A stretch of 63,253 bases of DNA, filler included, from Choristocarpus tenellus KU-1152 (Eukaryota > Protista > Phaeophyceae): assembly GCA_964200185.2 (NCBI GenBank). It is 11 parts of 11 records of this genome, joined end to end, with 100 filler letters (N's around TTAATTAATTAA, not from the genome) between each part and the next. Parts side by side here need not be neighbours in the genome. Positions count along the whole stretch, not along the records: positions 60,338 to 63,253 come from CAXNAD020023679.1; 10 more parts are not named here. One strand, given 5' to 3'. Positions 60,680 through 63,253 of the stretch are shown one piece after another. The notes beneath the pieces were generated by a model. That model saw nothing but the letters and a program-made list of their open reading frames with translations. It was not told the DNA's origin and ran no database searches. Every line of letters begins with the position of its first letter. Within the stretch, counting starts at the first letter, position 1. The position numbers were made by a program, and so were the translations under genes.

Positions 60680-63253
60680 CTTGCTCTCGGGTGCTTTGGT
60701 GCTGAACTGCGTCGGTTTGTGTTATCGTGCCTTGCAGAGAATGGAAGTGGTATTGTGGGGAGGAGTCGGGACGGGGGACGAGAGGGGTAGGTTGGGAATG
60801 CAATCAGATCAAAGAACACGTACCTGCGCTGGTGCGAGTGAGTAGTTGTTGCGCTGTGCGCTGAGTGGATATACACATACATAAATAGGGTTAACGGTCT
60901 GATCACATTGTTCAAACACGTAAGGGGTGTGTACCACTAATATGTTACTACTGACTATTATTCTGCGCTGTCTTTGGTGTCGTGTCACAGAAAAAAAAAA
61001 ACTCTCTACGCAAACAATGAATATCTACATTTAATATGGATCGGAAAGAGTTTCATCATTCTTTTTTGAACTTTCTTGGATGAGTCACTTGTGGAAAATT
61101 GTGAAGTGAGATTTTGTATTGTTTTCTTTTTGTTGTCTTATCGATTTGTAGTGTATGTGGTTTGGAGTATTGTTTGGTTGAAGATTGTTTCTTGTAGCGG
61201 TCTTTTTTTATCTTTCTATATTTTCTCTGTTTGTTTTGTTTACGCGTGATGAGGTAGTTTATTGTCCCTATCATGTTGTTGGTGTGGGTATAGACTTGAT
61301 AAATCTGCTACTTACTATTTAGGATCCTAAACAAGGTTTGATTCAGAATCTGATTGTTCACTTAAAGTAGTATTATGTAATATTTTATTGAACTTCAAAT
61401 TCTGTCATGAGTGAGAGACGTGTTTACACCACAACCGACAACAACAGCAACAAAAAGTGATCACATTGTAACTTATTGCTTCAACCTCTTCTTAATGAAT
61501 CTGTTGTAATTGATTCGAAGGTGTATCTGAATTGTATTCCACTTCTTCTGTGGGATTGTACAAAATTGCACATTTCTACCCTTTTTGGAGATCCTTAGAA
61601 TGAAATCATGCCTACTGTGAATCGTGTGATTCTACGGCCGCGTGGTTCACTCAGACAAGGGTGGCGAAGAGAATCATCGGGCAAGACGGACCAGACGAAC
61701 AAAGACCAACCGTAACCGAGGGTACGAGGTTAAGGTTGGACAAGATCAAATTGAGGAGTGATGGGCATCTTCAGAGATGATGCTTCCTCACCGGAAGTCA
61801 AGACATGAGAACAAAGTGAACCTTTCATGTGTGACAACTCTGAATGACGAGCTGTCCCAAGTCTGTGGGATTGGTCTCGTGAAAAGATTCCATGGTTTCA
61901 TTCTGACGGAAGGTCCGCCAGTGGAATCATGGGTGCTTGACAAGGAACCTCAATCGGTACAACGGTAAAACGGTGTATGGCATAATAGGACAATAACAGT
62001 TTAACAACAGACAAACATGCTTTCCACACTTCCTTTCAATTGATTTGACTGTTTCAGCCGAAAGTACATAATACATACATGATGATGGCATACTCCTTAC
62101 TTTTCTAGGGGTTTTTTTACAGGAGAGGAGGGGATGGGGTTGTGGAGGTGATGAAGGAAGGCTACAACGGTACACGAGACAGGCAGTGGCAAGGAGGGAA
62201 AAATATAAGTGGAGGGTTTAAACCAGCTCCAGGAATAGACGACAGGTTTCGATTTCACAGGACGGAGAAGGATGGACACAGAACGGAATGGGCCCACATG
62301 GGGATGAGGTGGAGGTGATCGAGGATGGAAATGGCGGCCAACGAGATAGGCATGGGCAAGGGGGGAACATAAACAGAGCATACCACTCCTCTTCTGATAA
62401 TAGGTAGTCACGTTTCGTCTCTACAGGATGGCGAAGCCCGGACGGAAAACCGAACAGGCACACAGGGGGATGGGGCAGAGAGGTGGTAGAGGCACACGGC
62501 GATGGTAGCAGGGAGAGGGAACCAGCCCTACACGGCTACGAGGAGGAGGAGGCAGGAGGGGTGGTGATAAGAGATAATTACGGGGCTTTGAAGGCCAGCC
62601 TCCCCCACCAGGGACCCCAACCCATGCCCATCCCAACAACCACGTCAGCTTACACTGAAACACTGTGCGATCTGTTTTTTCGAGATACAACAGTCAGTAC
62701 TCCCTTTCTCCTGCACACACTCACTGGATCTGGGCTGTGCCTTGGCTCTATACCCCTGCGCCAGACCTCTACATCCCATCCCGTCCCTCTACTGTTGTAC
62801 CCATGCCAGCCCAGAACACTACTACGCTGCCATGGAGGGGAGTGTAGGAACTGAAGCCGTGCTGGAATCCATCCGCTCACAATCGTCCTCCATCCCTTTT
62901 GCCATCCCACCATTCTGCCTACTCTCCGTCCCACGTCGCCACCCCCCAGCCCCTCCCCCTTCTTCCCCTCCCTGCCCTAGAGTCTCTACCCCCAGACCAC
63001 CAAGGCACCCTCCCCTGTGGGTGCTCGCTCCACCTCAATTGTATGGTTAGCCTCTGCGAAGATGCGAACCACCCTCTCACATGCCCCTACTGTGGAACAC
63101 ACTTACCCATCCCCACGCTTTTCAATTACACCTACACCACCCTAACCAGCCAAAGACCCCCGCCTGGTGGGCTCATAACCCGCCTGAATAATGCCACTGC
63201 ATCCCAAATCCACCTCTTTTCACCACACAATATCCCAGGCCAGAACTCACACC

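Overview
This is eukaryotic draft-assembly sequence, not one locus. It consists of 11 contigs joined by ten 100-bp artificial spacers (N44-TTAATTAATTAA-N44). The organism is inferred to be a flagellated, intron-rich photosynthetic stramenopile, most likely a brown alga or close relative: there is a bipartite plastid-targeting presequence, axonemal dynein, a centriolar tubulin and introns often near 1 kb. Host gene fragments I could splice by hand are a coiled-coil protein, a TMC channel-like protein, a low-complexity charged protein, COG5, 12 exons of an axonemal dynein heavy chain, a zeta-type tubulin and a small plastid-targeted protein. Mobile DNA includes Ty1/copia gag and RT-RNaseH remnants and a DIRS-type RT remnant. 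The most coherent system is a Sola2-type DNA transposon set. It comprises a spliced DDD transposase with the catalytic triad intact but a nonsense codon downstream, nine copies of a ~257-bp MITE (GAG...CTC ends, 23-bp TIRs, 4-bp TSDs), and a sister G-rich MITE whose poly-G TIR sits at four of the ten contig breaks. I found no CRISPR array, rRNA or intact tRNA. All family assignments come from motif recognition by eye; no searches were run.
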